Positions 8,725 to 18,409 of a DNA stretch of 64,000 bases are shown here, piece by piece. Positions within the stretch are counted from its first letter, which is position 1. Every line of letters begins with the position of its first letter. Location: NCBI GenBank assembly GCA_963719495.1, contig CAVRCI010000013.1:512001-576000 (forward strand), read 5' to 3'. The notes beneath the pieces are model-generated. The model was not told the DNA's origin and searched no databases. It saw nothing but the letters and a program-made list of their open reading frames with translations. The position numbers were made by a program, and so were the translations under genes. This DNA is from an uncultured Verrucomicrobiae bacterium (GTDB taxonomy: Bacteria; Verrucomicrobiota; Verrucomicrobiia; Chthoniobacterales; JAATET01).

Positions 8725-10520
8725 GTCCGCGGCCCCTCCAACTCCACGGCGTTCACGTCGCCCTCCGGTTGGTAGTCGGGCGTGAGCCGGTCGGGTCGCA
8801 CGAAGATCTCGTATTCCCCGAAAACGCCGACCAGCACGTAATTCATCCGCACGTGGTCGCGCACCGGGGCGGCCCAATTGCGGAAGCGTGAGTATTCCGT
8901 TTGGTTGATGTCCTCGTCGCTGATCACGACCACCGCCGGGCGTTTCTCGCTGATGTCGCGGATGGTTTTTTGGATCCACTTCGACTCCGACTCGACCGAC
9001 GCGTTGTCGTTGTAGAGATTCCGCAGGAACGAGCGGCGGTTCGTCATGAAGTTGATCGTCGGCGAATACGGGAACGTCACCACCCAGTCGTCCGGCTGCG
9101 AGTGGATCGACACCGCCTCGTAGATCGCGGCGATCCGTTCGCGCTCCCGGCGCTTCAGAAGAACCCGCACGCCGTTGTCGGCCACGAATTCGTGCGAGCG
9201 CTTCCGCTTCGCCGCGATGGTCCCCGCCGACTCCTTCGGGAGCGCGTGGGCGAAATAGATTCCCTCGCCGAGCACGCACAATCCCACGAACGCCCACCCC
9301 GGCACCCGCCACCACCACGATCCCGAAGCCCAGCGCGCCGCGTGCCAGCTCGCGCAAACCATCGCGATCAGGAACGGACACATGAACTCGCTCAGGTGCG
9401 GCGTGTCCGGGCGGAAGAAAAAATACTGAGGGAAGAGCGTGAGCGCGACGCCGAGTGTGACCAGGCAGGTGAGCGAAGCTACCCGCCGCTCGCGATCCCG
9501 CGCGATGATCGCCCAGACCAGCCCAACGCCCGCCACGACGAAAACGATCCCGCTGATCAGCAGCGGAAGGTAAAGCGAAACCACGAACGCCGCGTCGCCA
9601 AACGACTCCTGCTCGAACAAACCGCCCAGCGTCTCGCGGGGCCGCGTCGTGTCGCCCTTCGGCTCCGCCGCAACGCCTTCGGCGACCCGCCGCCAATCAC
9701 CCGCCGTCGCCCGCACCGGCTCGGTCGCCGAGAGCACCTCTTTCCCGAATTGATACCGCAACCGGCTCAACTCGGTCGGGTATTGCCCAAGAAAATCCGG
9801 CCCAAACCCCCGCCGCTGCGCGTCCAGGTAGACTGGCAGGTGCGTCGCGAAGACCCCTGCGACGAGCAGCGCCCCCGCCGCGCCCGCCCCCACCAGCCGC
9901 CGCCGGAATTTCCCCCGCACCCCCAGCGGATACAGCGCCACCAACCCCACCCCGATCACGCTCAGAAAGATCCCCAGGTCGACCCGAACCAGCAGCGTCA
10001 GACCCAGCGCCAACCCGGCCATCACCCACCACGCCCACCGCCAGCGCTCCGACCGCGGCTCCAGCACGTAGGCCTGGAGGTAAACGTAGCCCATGAGCAC
10101 TGGCAGGAATCCCATGTAATTCCGAAACAGCATCCCGGGCACCAGCACCAGCAGCACGCCGGTCCCGAGCGCCAGCCACCCGACGCCGGTCACCCGCCGC
10201 ACCGTCAGAAACCCCACAACGGCCATCGCCAGACACATCGCGAAAAAATAAATCCGCAGCGCGACGTAGTCCGGTCCGGTCACCTGAAACAGCCACGCGA
10301 TGGGATAAAACCACATCACGTTGTAACCCAGAAACGTGTCCACGATGGGCAGCGCCCCCTCGTTCAACCGCATCGCGATCACCCCCTCGGTGCCGCCCTC
10401 GCCGCCCAGGTTGAGATCGGAGCGGTAATACTGCCCGTAGTAAATGAGTGCGACGACGACCAGCAGCAGCGGACCAAATCGGCGCAACCAACCGTCGACG
10501 CGCGGAGCCAGGGATCGCAT
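8721..10520 (-). CDS. Polytopic membrane protein, possibly a GT-C/ArnT-like glycosyltransferase
   Basis: Many hydrophobic segments plus a soluble C-terminal domain; ATG at 10520 (MRSLAPRV). Confidence 0.55.
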   Translation of the reverse strand: MRSLAPRVDGWLRRFGPLLLVVVALIYYGQYYRSDLNLGGEGGTEGVIAMRLNEGALPIVDTFLGYNVMWFYPIAWLFQVTGPDYVALRIYFFAMCLAMAVVGFLTVRRVTGVGWLALGTGVLLVLVPGMLFRNYMGFLPVLMGYVYLQAYVLEPRSERWRWAWWVMAGLALGLTLLVRVDLGIFLSVIGVGLVALYPLGVRGKFRRRLVGAGAAGALLVAGVFATHLPVYLDAQRRGFGPDFLGQYPTELSRLRYQFGKEVLSATEPVRATAGDWRRVAEGVAAEPKGDTTRPRETLGGLFEQESFGDAAFVVSLYLPLLISGIVFVVAGVGLVWAIIARDRERRVASLTCLVTLGVALTLFPQYFFFRPDTPHLSEFMCPFLIAMVCASWHAARWASGSWWWRVPGWAFVGLCVLGEGIYFAHALPKESAGTIAAKRKRSHEFVADNGVRVLLKRRERERIAAIYEAVSIHSQPDDWVVTFPYSPTINFMTNRRSFLRNLYNDNASVESESKWIQKTIRDISEKRPAVVVISDEDINQTEYSRFRNWAAPVRDHVRMNYVLVGVFGEYEIFVRPDRLTPDYQPEGDVNAVELEGPRT

Positions 10521-10724
10521 TTCCAAATCCCGGCCAGCGAACGCCTTTCGCCGTCGCCATTCAACCGAAAACCGCGCCGCGTGTCCGACCTCCCGTGTCC
10601 GGCCCACCTTCGCTCGACCCTTGATTTCGCGGGAATACGGTGGAACGCTTTCCTCTCCCAACCCGACCACGACGCATCGCTCCGGCGCGTCCGTGCGTAT
10701 CATTCGAACAAAATCGAACAACCT

Positions 10725-11891
10725 ATGAAGACCATCACCATCGCGCAGCAAGTCGCCGCCCGCACCTACCCGCCCTTCAGCCTCTCCGGCCTCATCGAGG
10801 GCACGTTCAAACCCCGGCCCGGCCAGCGAATCTGCATCCTCATCGACCTCGATGACCCGAAGGACGTCGTCGATTTCAAATTCCTCGAAAACCCCGACCT
10901 CTCGATCCAACGCAACGCCCACCAGCACTTCCACCTCGGCCTGCAAAACGGAGTCCTCGACGAGTTGAAACTCACCGGCGGCGAGTTCATCGCCTACCAG
11001 AACGTCGGCGGCAGCAACCTCGACCTGCCCGACTACGCCATCGATTCCACGGGTAAGGAGTATTCCTTCGAGCGCGATATTTATCCGAAGTTCGACATCA
11101 TCCTCTGCATCTCGACCTGGTCGGCGACCGCGCCGCTCACGGCCTCGGCGAAGATTCACGGCTTCCGCGGCGCGACGCTCCACGGTCTCAACCAGATCAT
11201 TCTGACGACCGGACTCGCCGTCGATTACGACGAGGTGAGCGCCAACGGCGAGAAGCTCCGACTCGGCATGACGAAGGCCGACTGGATCGAGATCGACTTC
11301 GCCTTCGCGGGCGAGACCTACTCGCTCTACCTCCAGCTCGACGGCCAGGAGGCGCAGAAGAGCCACGGCCTCTGCCGCGACGAAGTGCCCGACGTGGCAA
11401 ATCTGCCTGCCGGCGAGATCTACTACGTCCCGGTGAGCGCGACCGGCACGTTCCCAATGAAATACGAGGACGGCACGATCGCCATCCAGCACGTCAGCGG
11501 AGGCCGCGTGCGGCGCGCGGAATTCGTGAAGGGCAACGTCGAGACCGTCGACGCCCACAACGCCAAGCTGAAGAGCGATCCCGTCACCGGCGAGATCGGC
11601 GAACTCGGTTTCGGCACCCAGATCCTCCCGGTCTCCGGACGCGACATTCAGGACGAAAAAATCCTCGGCACCATCCACGTCGCCACCGGGCGCAGTGACC
11701 ATCTGGGCGGCCACCTCACGCCGGACAAGTTCGTCGACGCCGGCAACGCCACGCACGACGACATCCTCTTCGCGCCCCACAAGACGCCGGAGATCGACGT
11801 CACGCAGGCCCGGATGCACCGCGACGGCGAGACGAAGATCCTCATCGAGAGCTTCGAGCCGTCCGACTACATCTACAGCCTCATCTCCTAA
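10725..11891 (+). CDS. M29 (AmpT/AmpS-like) metallo-aminopeptidase family protein
   Basis: NLPAGEIYYVP, GELGFGT, DEKILGTIHVATGRS, HDDI. Confidence 0.75.
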   Translation: MKTITIAQQVAARTYPPFSLSGLIEGTFKPRPGQRICILIDLDDPKDVVDFKFLENPDLSIQRNAHQHFHLGLQNGVLDELKLTGGEFIAYQNVGGSNLDLPDYAIDSTGKEYSFERDIYPKFDIILCISTWSATAPLTASAKIHGFRGATLHGLNQIILTTGLAVDYDEVSANGEKLRLGMTKADWIEIDFAFAGETYSLYLQLDGQEAQKSHGLCRDEVPDVANLPAGEIYYVPVSATGTFPMKYEDGTIAIQHVSGGRVRRAEFVKGNVETVDAHNAKLKSDPVTGEIGELGFGTQILPVSGRDIQDEKILGTIHVATGRSDHLGGHLTPDKFVDAGNATHDDILFAPHKTPEIDVTQARMHRDGETKILIESFEPSDYIYSLIS

Positions 11892-11928
11892 CCGATTGGC
11901 CCGCCCCCGTCGCCGGGCCAACCCACCT

Positions 11929-12024
11929 TGTCATCCTGAGCGAAGCGAAGGATCTCTGGCTTCAATCTCTTAGCGGCACGAGTCGCAGGGGAGTCTGCGG
12001 TTCTTCGTTTCGCTCAGAATGAAA
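11929..12024. repeat. REP-like inverted repeat, TGTCAT..GAGCGAAGCGAA family, copy 1
   Basis: TGTCATCCTGAGCGAAGCGAAGGA ... TTCTTCGTTTCGCTCAGAATGAAA. Confidence 0.8.
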
Positions 12025-12058
12025 GGGAAGTGAAAGCCCCGGTCCCGCCCCGTTTCCC

Positions 12059-12805
12059 ATGTCCGTTTACGAATTCCCCAAGCTCGTCGCCGAGTATCTC
12101 CTGTTTCACTACGGGAATGCCGACGACGTGCTGGGCGGGATGCCTGGTCCGCGCGACGCGGTCGGCTTCGCGCAGCGGCTCGTCCGCGAGCTGCTCGATC
12201 CGTCGGCGCTTCCGCCGGACGCTCATGCGCTCGACGTGGGCTGCGCGGTCGGCGGCTCGGCTTTCGAGCTGACCCGATCCTGCGCGAAGGTCCACGGGAT
12301 CGATTTCTCCAACGCGTTCATCGCCGCAGCGAAAACGATGGCGACCGAAGGCCGTCTCGAATTCGAGAAAGTCATCGAGGGCACGATCACGAAAACGGCC
12401 ACGGCGACCCTGCCGCCGGAAGGCGACCCATCCCGCGCCACCTTCGCGATCGGCGACGCCTGCGATCTTCCCGCCGACCTCGGAGCATTCGACGTCGTCC
12501 TCGCGGCGAACCTCATCTGCCGCCTCCCCAATCCGAGTCGGTTCTTCGGCCGGCTCCCATCGCTCGTCCGCCCCGGCGGCCAGCTGCTTCTGACGACGCC
12601 CTTCACGTGGTTGGACGACTACACGCCGCGCGAACTCTGGGTTGGCGCAACGCCGGAAACGGGCCCGAGCTTCGCGGCGCTGGAAACGATCCTCGCCCCA
12701 CACTTCGAACTCCAGCATCGTGCCGACATCCCCTTCCTGATCCGTGAGCACTCCCGAAAATTCCAATACACCGTCGCCCTCGGAACCCGCTGGAAACGGC
12801 GTTGA
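12059..12805 (+). CDS. Class I SAM methyltransferase resembling the OvoA C-terminal mercaptohistidine N-methyltransferase
   Basis: EYLLFHYG, ALDVGCAVGG, GIDFS, GDACDLP, ANLICRL, PFTWL, IREHSRKFQ. Confidence 0.75.
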   Translation: MSVYEFPKLVAEYLLFHYGNADDVLGGMPGPRDAVGFAQRLVRELLDPSALPPDAHALDVGCAVGGSAFELTRSCAKVHGIDFSNAFIAAAKTMATEGRLEFEKVIEGTITKTATATLPPEGDPSRATFAIGDACDLPADLGAFDVVLAANLICRLPNPSRFFGRLPSLVRPGGQLLLTTPFTWLDDYTPRELWVGATPETGPSFAALETILAPHFELQHRADIPFLIREHSRKFQYTVALGTRWKRR

Positions 12806-13376
12806 CTGGGAAGGCCGCTATCAACAAAAGGACACGCCCTGGAACAAAGGCTTCGCCGCCCCACCCCTCGTCGAGTGGCTGGAATCCAACCATCTGAGCG
12901 GCAAGGTTCTCGTCCCCGGCTGCGGCACCGGCTACGACGTCCGCGAAATCGCCCGGTCGGGCGTCGAGATCGTCATCGGCCTCGACCTCGCACCCAGCGC
13001 GATCAATTTCGCCGACAGCCAACCGCGCGTCGGCTCGGAGCGCTACCGACTCGCGAATTTCCTGACCCTCCCGCCCGAACTCGTCGGCGCGTTCGACTGG
13101 ACCTTCGAGCACACCTGCTTCTGCGCGATCGACCCCGGGTTGCGGTCGACCTACGTCCGCTCCACCGCCGCCGCGCTCAAGCCTGGCGGCCACGTTCTCG
13201 CGATCTTCTACCTCGACGTCGGCGAGCGCGACGGCGGCCCGCCCTTCGGAACGACGCGCGAAGAACTCGACGACCTATTCGGACCGCTCTTCAAAACCAT
13301 CAGCGAAACCGTCCCAACCCGAGCCTACGAAGGCCGCGAAGGCTGCGAGCTCATCCGAGTCCTCCGCCTGAAATAG
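12744..13376 (+). CDS. TPMT/thiol-halide methyltransferase family protein (start uncertain)
   Basis: WEGRYQQKDTPW, VLVPGCGTGYD, FEHTCFCAI, GPPFG. Confidence 0.85.
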   Translation: MSTPENSNTPSPSEPAGNGVDWEGRYQQKDTPWNKGFAAPPLVEWLESNHLSGKVLVPGCGTGYDVREIARSGVEIVIGLDLAPSAINFADSQPRVGSERYRLANFLTLPPELVGAFDWTFEHTCFCAIDPGLRSTYVRSTAAALKPGGHVLAIFYLDVGERDGGPPFGTTREELDDLFGPLFKTISETVPTRAYEGREGCELIRVLRLK

Positions 13377-13401
13377 GCCGCTGGCCCTTGATCGACGCAA
13401 G

Positions 13402-13461
13402 GTAGCGCAAGCTTCGAGCTTGCCCGAATGCATTCCTCTGCAAGCTGGAAGCTTGCGCTCC
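13402..13461. repeat. Inverted pair of GTAG-type REP hairpins
   Basis: GTAGCGCAAGCTTCGAGCTTGC ... GCAAGCTGGAAGCTTGCGCTCC. Confidence 0.65.
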
Positions 13462-13475
13462 GTGTCGACCGATCT

Positions 13476-13874
13476 GGGTGTGATCGAGATTGCGTCCGGA
13501 CCGGAAGGAGAACTCCGCGCACGCCGAGACCGTCTGGCCGAGATTACGCCAGGAGGGTTGGCGACGAATCCAAGGAAGATAGCCGCGATCCAAAGCCCGG
13601 CGACGTCGGGTCTCCCGCTTCAACCCAGCTCCTCCATGGTCCCCGCGAAGTCGACCGGTAAAATGTGACGACCGTCACATTTAACAGGTAATGGAGCTTG
13701 ATGAGGCGCTCTGCCGCGGACTCCGGGGGTAGCCGGAGATTTGCTTCGCCGCGTGGGTGGTCGTATCGCCACTCGTTGGTGGACCGTGCTTTCGGCTCGG
13801 CGTGTGCCGGCCCGGTGATCCCTATTTCACTCCCACCTTCCGTCCCGGCCTTGGACGCACTTCCAATCACACCC
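13476..13874. mobile_element. Non-autonomous MITE-like element, short copy (399 bp)
   Basis: TIRs GGGTGTGATCGAGATTGCGTCC / GGACGCACTTCCAATCACACCC (18/22), perfect 9-bp TSD GACCGATCT (13467-13475, 13875-13883); colinear homologue at 63255-63835. Confidence 0.9.
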
Positions 13875-13979
13875 GACCGATCTTCGCACCCGCTTGCCGG
13901 GTTGCCAACTCCGCCACCCGCGTCTATACCGACCTCACTCGAATCCCGCCCCGGCGGGCCAGCGAGCCATCAGCCGCCC

Positions 13980-14753
13980 GTGAAATTCAGCGCATTGACC
14001 TTCAACATGCAGTTCGGCCAAGCCTGGGATCCGGACGAACCGCTCCGGGCTCCCGTTCGCCTCGAAGACACCATCGCGTTCCTCGAAGACAATCCGCACG
14101 ACGTCTATTTCCTGCAGGAAGTCGAGCGCGCCCAACCCGGCGGCGAGCAAACCGAGCCCCCGCCGAACTTCACCCGCATCGCCGGCGCCCTCGACGCCCA
14201 CCACGCCGTTTTCGCCTACCCACCCGTCAATCCCGACGAACTCCCCTTTGGCATCGCGCTCGCGATTCTGTCCCGCACGCCGCTCGTCGATTTTCAACAC
14301 ATCGAGCTCCCCGCGCCTCCCCTCACGTTCGACTTCGAAGGCGGCACCCGGGTGCCGTCCCGCCGCCAACTCATCTCCGCCCGCACCCGCATCGCCGGTT
14401 GCGACGTCGCTCTCATGAACACCCACCTTCAGGCTTTCTTCATGATCGGATCGACCAGCCTCGAGCACCGCGGCCAGCGCGACCGCGTCGACGAAGCCTT
14501 CCGAGCCACCACCGGCCCGACGCTCTGCGGTGGCGATTTCAACTGCGCCCCCCACGAACACCTCGTCGAACAATACCGCGCCGCCGGCTACGAGACCGCG
14601 CAGGATTCCGAAATCACGTGGCGCCACCAGCCGTTCGTCACCGACCACCTGTTCTTCAACTCCGGCCTCCGCGCGACGCGCTCGGAAGTCATTCCCACCG
14701 TCTGCTCCGACCACCACGCCGTCTCCGCCGACTTCCGTTTCGTCCGCGACTGA
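13980..14753 (+). CDS. Endonuclease/exonuclease/phosphatase (EEP) family protein
   Basis: ALTFNMQ, FLQEVE, NTHL, GGDFN, DHLF, SDHHAV; GTG start at 13980 (the ORF-track start at 13698 lies inside the MITE). Confidence 0.88.
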   Translation: MKFSALTFNMQFGQAWDPDEPLRAPVRLEDTIAFLEDNPHDVYFLQEVERAQPGGEQTEPPPNFTRIAGALDAHHAVFAYPPVNPDELPFGIALAILSRTPLVDFQHIELPAPPLTFDFEGGTRVPSRRQLISARTRIAGCDVALMNTHLQAFFMIGSTSLEHRGQRDRVDEAFRATTGPTLCGGDFNCAPHEHLVEQYRAAGYETAQDSEITWRHQPFVTDHLFFNSGLRATRSEVIPTVCSDHHAVSADFRFVRD

Positions 14754-14762
14754 TCCTTTCCG

Positions 14763-15524
14763 ATGCGACTCGTCTCCTGGAACGTCAATGGCCTCCGCGC
14801 CGTCCTGAAAAAAAATTTCCTCGGCTTCCTCGCGAACGCCGAAGCCGACGTCATCTGCCTCCAGGAGATCAAGGCCCGGCCCGAGCAGGTCGCCGAAGTC
14901 GTCTGGCCCGCGGGCTATTCGATCCACTGGAATCCCGCCGACAAGCCCGGCTACTCCGGCACCGCCACGCTCACCCGCATCCCGCCGATTGCGGTGACCG
15001 CCGGCATCGACCTACCCGAACACGACACCGAAGGCCGCGTCCTCACCCTCGAATTCGACGACCATTTCCTGGTCAACGTCTACACGCCGAATTCCAAACG
15101 CGGCCTCCTGCGCCTCGACTACCGCACCAACGCCTGGGAACCCGCGTTCCGCGCCTACTTGCAAAAGCTCGACGCAAAAAAGCCCGTTGTCGTTTGCGGC
15201 GATCTCAACGTCGCCCACCGCGAGATCGACATCGCCAACCCGAAGAGCAACGTCAAAAACGCCGGCTTCACCCCCGAGGAGCGCGCCTGCCTCGACGACC
15301 TCCTCGCCGCCGGATTCGTCGACACCTTCCGCGCACTCCACCCCACCGCCACGCGGAAATACACCTGGTGGAGCTACCTGAACCAGGCCCGCGCCCGGAA
15401 CATCGGCTGGCGCATCGACTACTTCCTCGTCTCCGAGCGCATGCGCCCCCAGCTCACCGCCGCGACGATCCACCCCGAAGTCGAGGGCAGCGACCATTGC
15501 CCCGTCGGGATCGAATTGCGGTAG
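14763..15524 (+). CDS. xth: Exodeoxyribonuclease III
   Basis: SWNVNGLRA, CLQEIK, GYSGTA, NVYTPN, GDLNVAH, YTWWSY, GWRIDYF, GSDHCP. Confidence 0.96.
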   Translation: MRLVSWNVNGLRAVLKKNFLGFLANAEADVICLQEIKARPEQVAEVVWPAGYSIHWNPADKPGYSGTATLTRIPPIAVTAGIDLPEHDTEGRVLTLEFDDHFLVNVYTPNSKRGLLRLDYRTNAWEPAFRAYLQKLDAKKPVVVCGDLNVAHREIDIANPKSNVKNAGFTPEERACLDDLLAAGFVDTFRALHPTATRKYTWWSYLNQARARNIGWRIDYFLVSERMRPQLTAATIHPEVEGSDHCPVGIELR

Positions 15525-15859
15525 CACAAGCCTTCAGCCCGCGGGCACTTCCCCCGGGCCCGACCGACCGCCATCGATCCCGAAGGGATCGCCCCCAAAC
15601 GAGGGATGAGGCACGGGTCGGGATTGAATCGCCCCCCTTCCCGAACCGGGAAGCAGGCGTTTGGCCAGCGTTGATGGTCGCTTCTCGGCACTTCCCGCTT
15701 TTGGTATCCATCCGCGTTTGACCGGTGAAACTTCGTGTCGGTGAAACTTCTTAGCTTTCCGCTCGCAACCAACTTTGCAGGGTCGTGATCCCCGTTTCGC
15801 CTCACCCCAACTTCAAAAAGTGGGAACCCGACGGCGCGGCTCCCCTACCCCGGGCGACG

Positions 15860-16231
15860 CTATTCGCGCATTTCGCGCTTTCGCATCGGCATCGCGTCGA
15901 TGAGCGCGAAGACCGCCGCCGGGTCGACCGCCTCGGACCAACGCTCCTTCACGCCACCGTCCTTGCCGACCAGCAAGATGACGTTCTCGCCCGCCGCGAC
16001 GTCCAGCTCGTCACGCAGCGCCGCGCCCTCGATCGGCAGAACAAGGACGTCGCGTTCGGCGCACTCGGCCGCGACGGCGTCCCAAGTCTTTTGAAATTTC
16101 TCCCGAAACTCCGCAGAGTCGCTTTGCCACAACACGAGCCGGTTCTTCCAGCGGTAATCCGAGAGGGAATCGGCGCGGACGGACATCGGCGGGACTAGTA
16201 AAAGCAGGAGCACAGCGATCGCGCGGATCAT
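15860..16231 (-). CDS. DUF4174 family secreted protein
   Basis: Signal peptide, YRWKNRLVL, LVGKDGGVK, IDAMPMRKREM. Confidence 0.85.
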   Translation of the reverse strand: MIRAIAVLLLLLVPPMSVRADSLSDYRWKNRLVLWQSDSAEFREKFQKTWDAVAAECAERDVLVLPIEGAALRDELDVAAGENVILLVGKDGGVKERWSEAVDPAAVFALIDAMPMRKREMRE

Positions 16232-16584
16232 CGCTCGAGCGGGTTGGGAAATTCTTCGGTGTAATCCCGCGTGAACATCCAGCCGCCCGGTTTTTTGTCC
16301 GCGCCGTAGCTGGTGATCGTGACCGTGAGCGTGTCCGGCGTGTAGATGTAGGGCTCGCCGATGTGATCGACCAGGTCCTCGGGCGGGACGTCGAGCTCGT
16401 CGAGTGTCGCCGGGAGGCGGTCGTTCCTGTCGGCGTAGGCGATGATCGCGGCCTTGAGGTCACCCATCCGCGCCCGGTTGGTGTCGACGGGATGTTCCTT
16501 CCCGGCCGCGAAAAAGTAGTAGATCGCGATCATGGCCAGAGCCATGCCGCCAAGGACGAGAAAGAAAGAGCGCTCGGGTTTCAT
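16228..16584 (-). CDS. Small membrane-anchored protein with a GspG/pseudopilin-like C-terminal segment
   Basis: N-terminal TM; LPATLDEL..DHIGEPYIY..ITSYGADKKPGG. Confidence 0.6.
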   Translation of the reverse strand: MKPERSFFLVLGGMALAMIAIYYFFAAGKEHPVDTNRARMGDLKAAIIAYADRNDRLPATLDELDVPPEDLVDHIGEPYIYTPDTLTVTITSYGADKKPGGWMFTRDYTEEFPNPLER

Positions 16585-16597
16585 CGGAGTCGGATAA

Positions 16598-16850
16598 GGG
16601 TCGGAAGGTCCTAAGGTCGGAACGTCGAAAGGTCAATGCAGCCCGGCGGTGCCAGCCGACCCCTTCTGGCATTCGGAGGGCGAGGCTCCTGCCGAGCCGT
16701 GGCCTTCACGTCCGACGCCGCCTCGCTCAAAATGACAGATCGAGAGGAAAAGCGCGGCTCCGCCCTCGTCAAAACAATCGCCCCAGCGATTCAAACCCGA
16801 CCTTCCGACCTTCCGACCTTCCGACCTTCCGACCTTCCGACCTTCCGACT
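16598..16850. repeat. Inverted octamer arrays: degenerate (AAGGTCGG)n ... (CCGACCTT)x6
   Basis: 16598-16634 GGGTCGGAAGGTCCTAAGGTCGGAACGTCGAAAGGTC; 16797-16850 tandem CCGACCTT. Confidence 0.85.
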
Positions 16851-18310
16851 CACCCTTCACCCTCACCCAACCCCATGCACACGTATTTCATCACCGTGTA
16901 ATCCTCGAGCCCATGCGTCGATCCCTCGCGACCGCTGCCGGATTCCTTGACTCCGCCGAAGGGCGCCATCGGATTCGAGATCGCGCCGGTGTTGAGCCCG
17001 ACCATTCCGTAGTCGAGCGCTTCGCTGAACCGCCACGACCGCGCCAAATCCCGCGTGTAGAAATACGCCGCCAGTCCGACCGACGTGTCGTTCGCGAACG
17101 TCAGCGCTTCCTCGTCGGTCGAGAACCGATACAGCGCCGCGACCGGCCCGAAGATTTCGTCCCGCGCGAAGTCCATGTCGGGCGTCGCATCGGCGAGGAC
17201 CGTTGGTTCGAAGTAGGTGCGGCCGAGCGGGTGCCGACCGCCACCCAGGAGCACCCGCGCTCCCTTCGCCTTCGCGTCGGCGACCAGACTCTCGACCTTC
17301 TCGAGCGCCGCGGCGTCGATGAGCGGGCCCTGCTCGACACCGTCCTTCGTGCCGTCGCCGACCTCGAGCCGCCGCACCGCCGCGACCAGTTTCTCGGCGA
17401 ACGCGTCGTGAATCGAATCGTGGAGCAGGAAACGATTCACGCAAACGCAGGTCTGTCCCGTGTTCCGATACTTCGCGGCGATCGCGCCCTCGACGGCGGC
17501 GTCGAGGTCGGCGTCCGGGAAGACGACGAACGGCGCGTTGCCGCCGAGTTCCATCGTCACCTTTTTCACGGTGTCGGCGCACTGGCGAATGAGTAGTTTC
17601 CCGACGCCGGTCGATCCCGTGAACGTCAGCTTGCGGACGACCGGACTGCGGGTGAACGCCTCGCCAATCTCGGCGGCGGGGCCGGTCACGACGCTGAAGA
17701 GTCCCGCCGGCACCCCGGCCCGCTCGCCGAGCAGCGCCAGCGCGAGCGCCGAAAGCGGCGTCTGCGAAGCGGGCTTGGCGACCATCGCGCAGCCCGCCGC
17801 GAGGGCGGGAGCAACCTTGCGGGCGAGCATGGCATTCGGAAAATTCCACGGCGTGATCGCGGCGCACACGCCCACCGGTTGGCGAATCACGACGATTCGC
17901 CGATCGCCCGATGGCGGCGGAATGACCTCGCCGTTCAGACGCCGCGCCTCCTCGGCGAACCACTCGACGTAGGCCGCGCCGTAGCCGATCTCGCCCCGGG
18001 CCTCGGCGAGGGGTTTGCCCTGCTCGGCGGTGAGGATGCGCGCCAGGTCTTCGGTGTTTTCGACGAGCAGATCGAACCAGCGGCGCAGGACCTTTGCCCG
18101 ATCGCTCGCGGGCCGCGCCGCCCACGCGGTCATGGCTCCCGCCGCCGCGGCGATCGCGCGGTCCGCGTCGGCGGCGGTGAGATCCGGGACGGTCGCGATC
18201 TCCTCGCCGGTCGCGGGATTGGTCACCGGGATCCGGCGATCGGAGTCGATCCACTCGCCTCCGACGGGGGCCTTGGAGCTGAGCAGTGAGGGGTCGCGGA
18301 GGTCGAGCAT
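16850..18310 (-). CDS. gabD: NAD(P)-dependent succinate-semialdehyde dehydrogenase
   Basis: ITPWNFP, FTGSTGVGK, MELGGNAP, RNTGQTCVC, EIFGPV, PFGGVKESG. Confidence 0.93.
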   Translation of the reverse strand: MLDLRDPSLLSSKAPVGGEWIDSDRRIPVTNPATGEEIATVPDLTAADADRAIAAAAGAMTAWAARPASDRAKVLRRWFDLLVENTEDLARILTAEQGKPLAEARGEIGYGAAYVEWFAEEARRLNGEVIPPPSGDRRIVVIRQPVGVCAAITPWNFPNAMLARKVAPALAAGCAMVAKPASQTPLSALALALLGERAGVPAGLFSVVTGPAAEIGEAFTRSPVVRKLTFTGSTGVGKLLIRQCADTVKKVTMELGGNAPFVVFPDADLDAAVEGAIAAKYRNTGQTCVCVNRFLLHDSIHDAFAEKLVAAVRRLEVGDGTKDGVEQGPLIDAAALEKVESLVADAKAKGARVLLGGGRHPLGRTYFEPTVLADATPDMDFARDEIFGPVAALYRFSTDEEALTFANDTSVGLAAYFYTRDLARSWRFSEALDYGMVGLNTGAISNPMAPFGGVKESGSGREGSTHGLEDYTVMKYVCMGLGEGEG

Positions 18311-18409
18311 CGTGATTTGACTCAACACCATCCGGCGTCGCTGGGAAAGCTCCGCCCGACGACTTTGCCGTGGATCGCCGACCGTCTCCGCGCTAGCGTT
18401 CGCCGGACC

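Noticed and set aside
6131..10520. DUF58/VWA genes without a MoxR ATPase as a novel system
   Set aside because: MoxR partners are often encoded elsewhere; nothing else is unusual here.
13544..13979. ORFs 13544..13870 (-), 63636..63917 (+) and the N-terminal extension of 13698..14753
   Set aside because: They lie in the MITE, and frames are not conserved between the two copies because of 1-nt indels.
16797..16850. Tandem repeats as a possible CRISPR array
   Set aside because: These are 7-8-nt units with no spacers, and there are no cas genes in the window.
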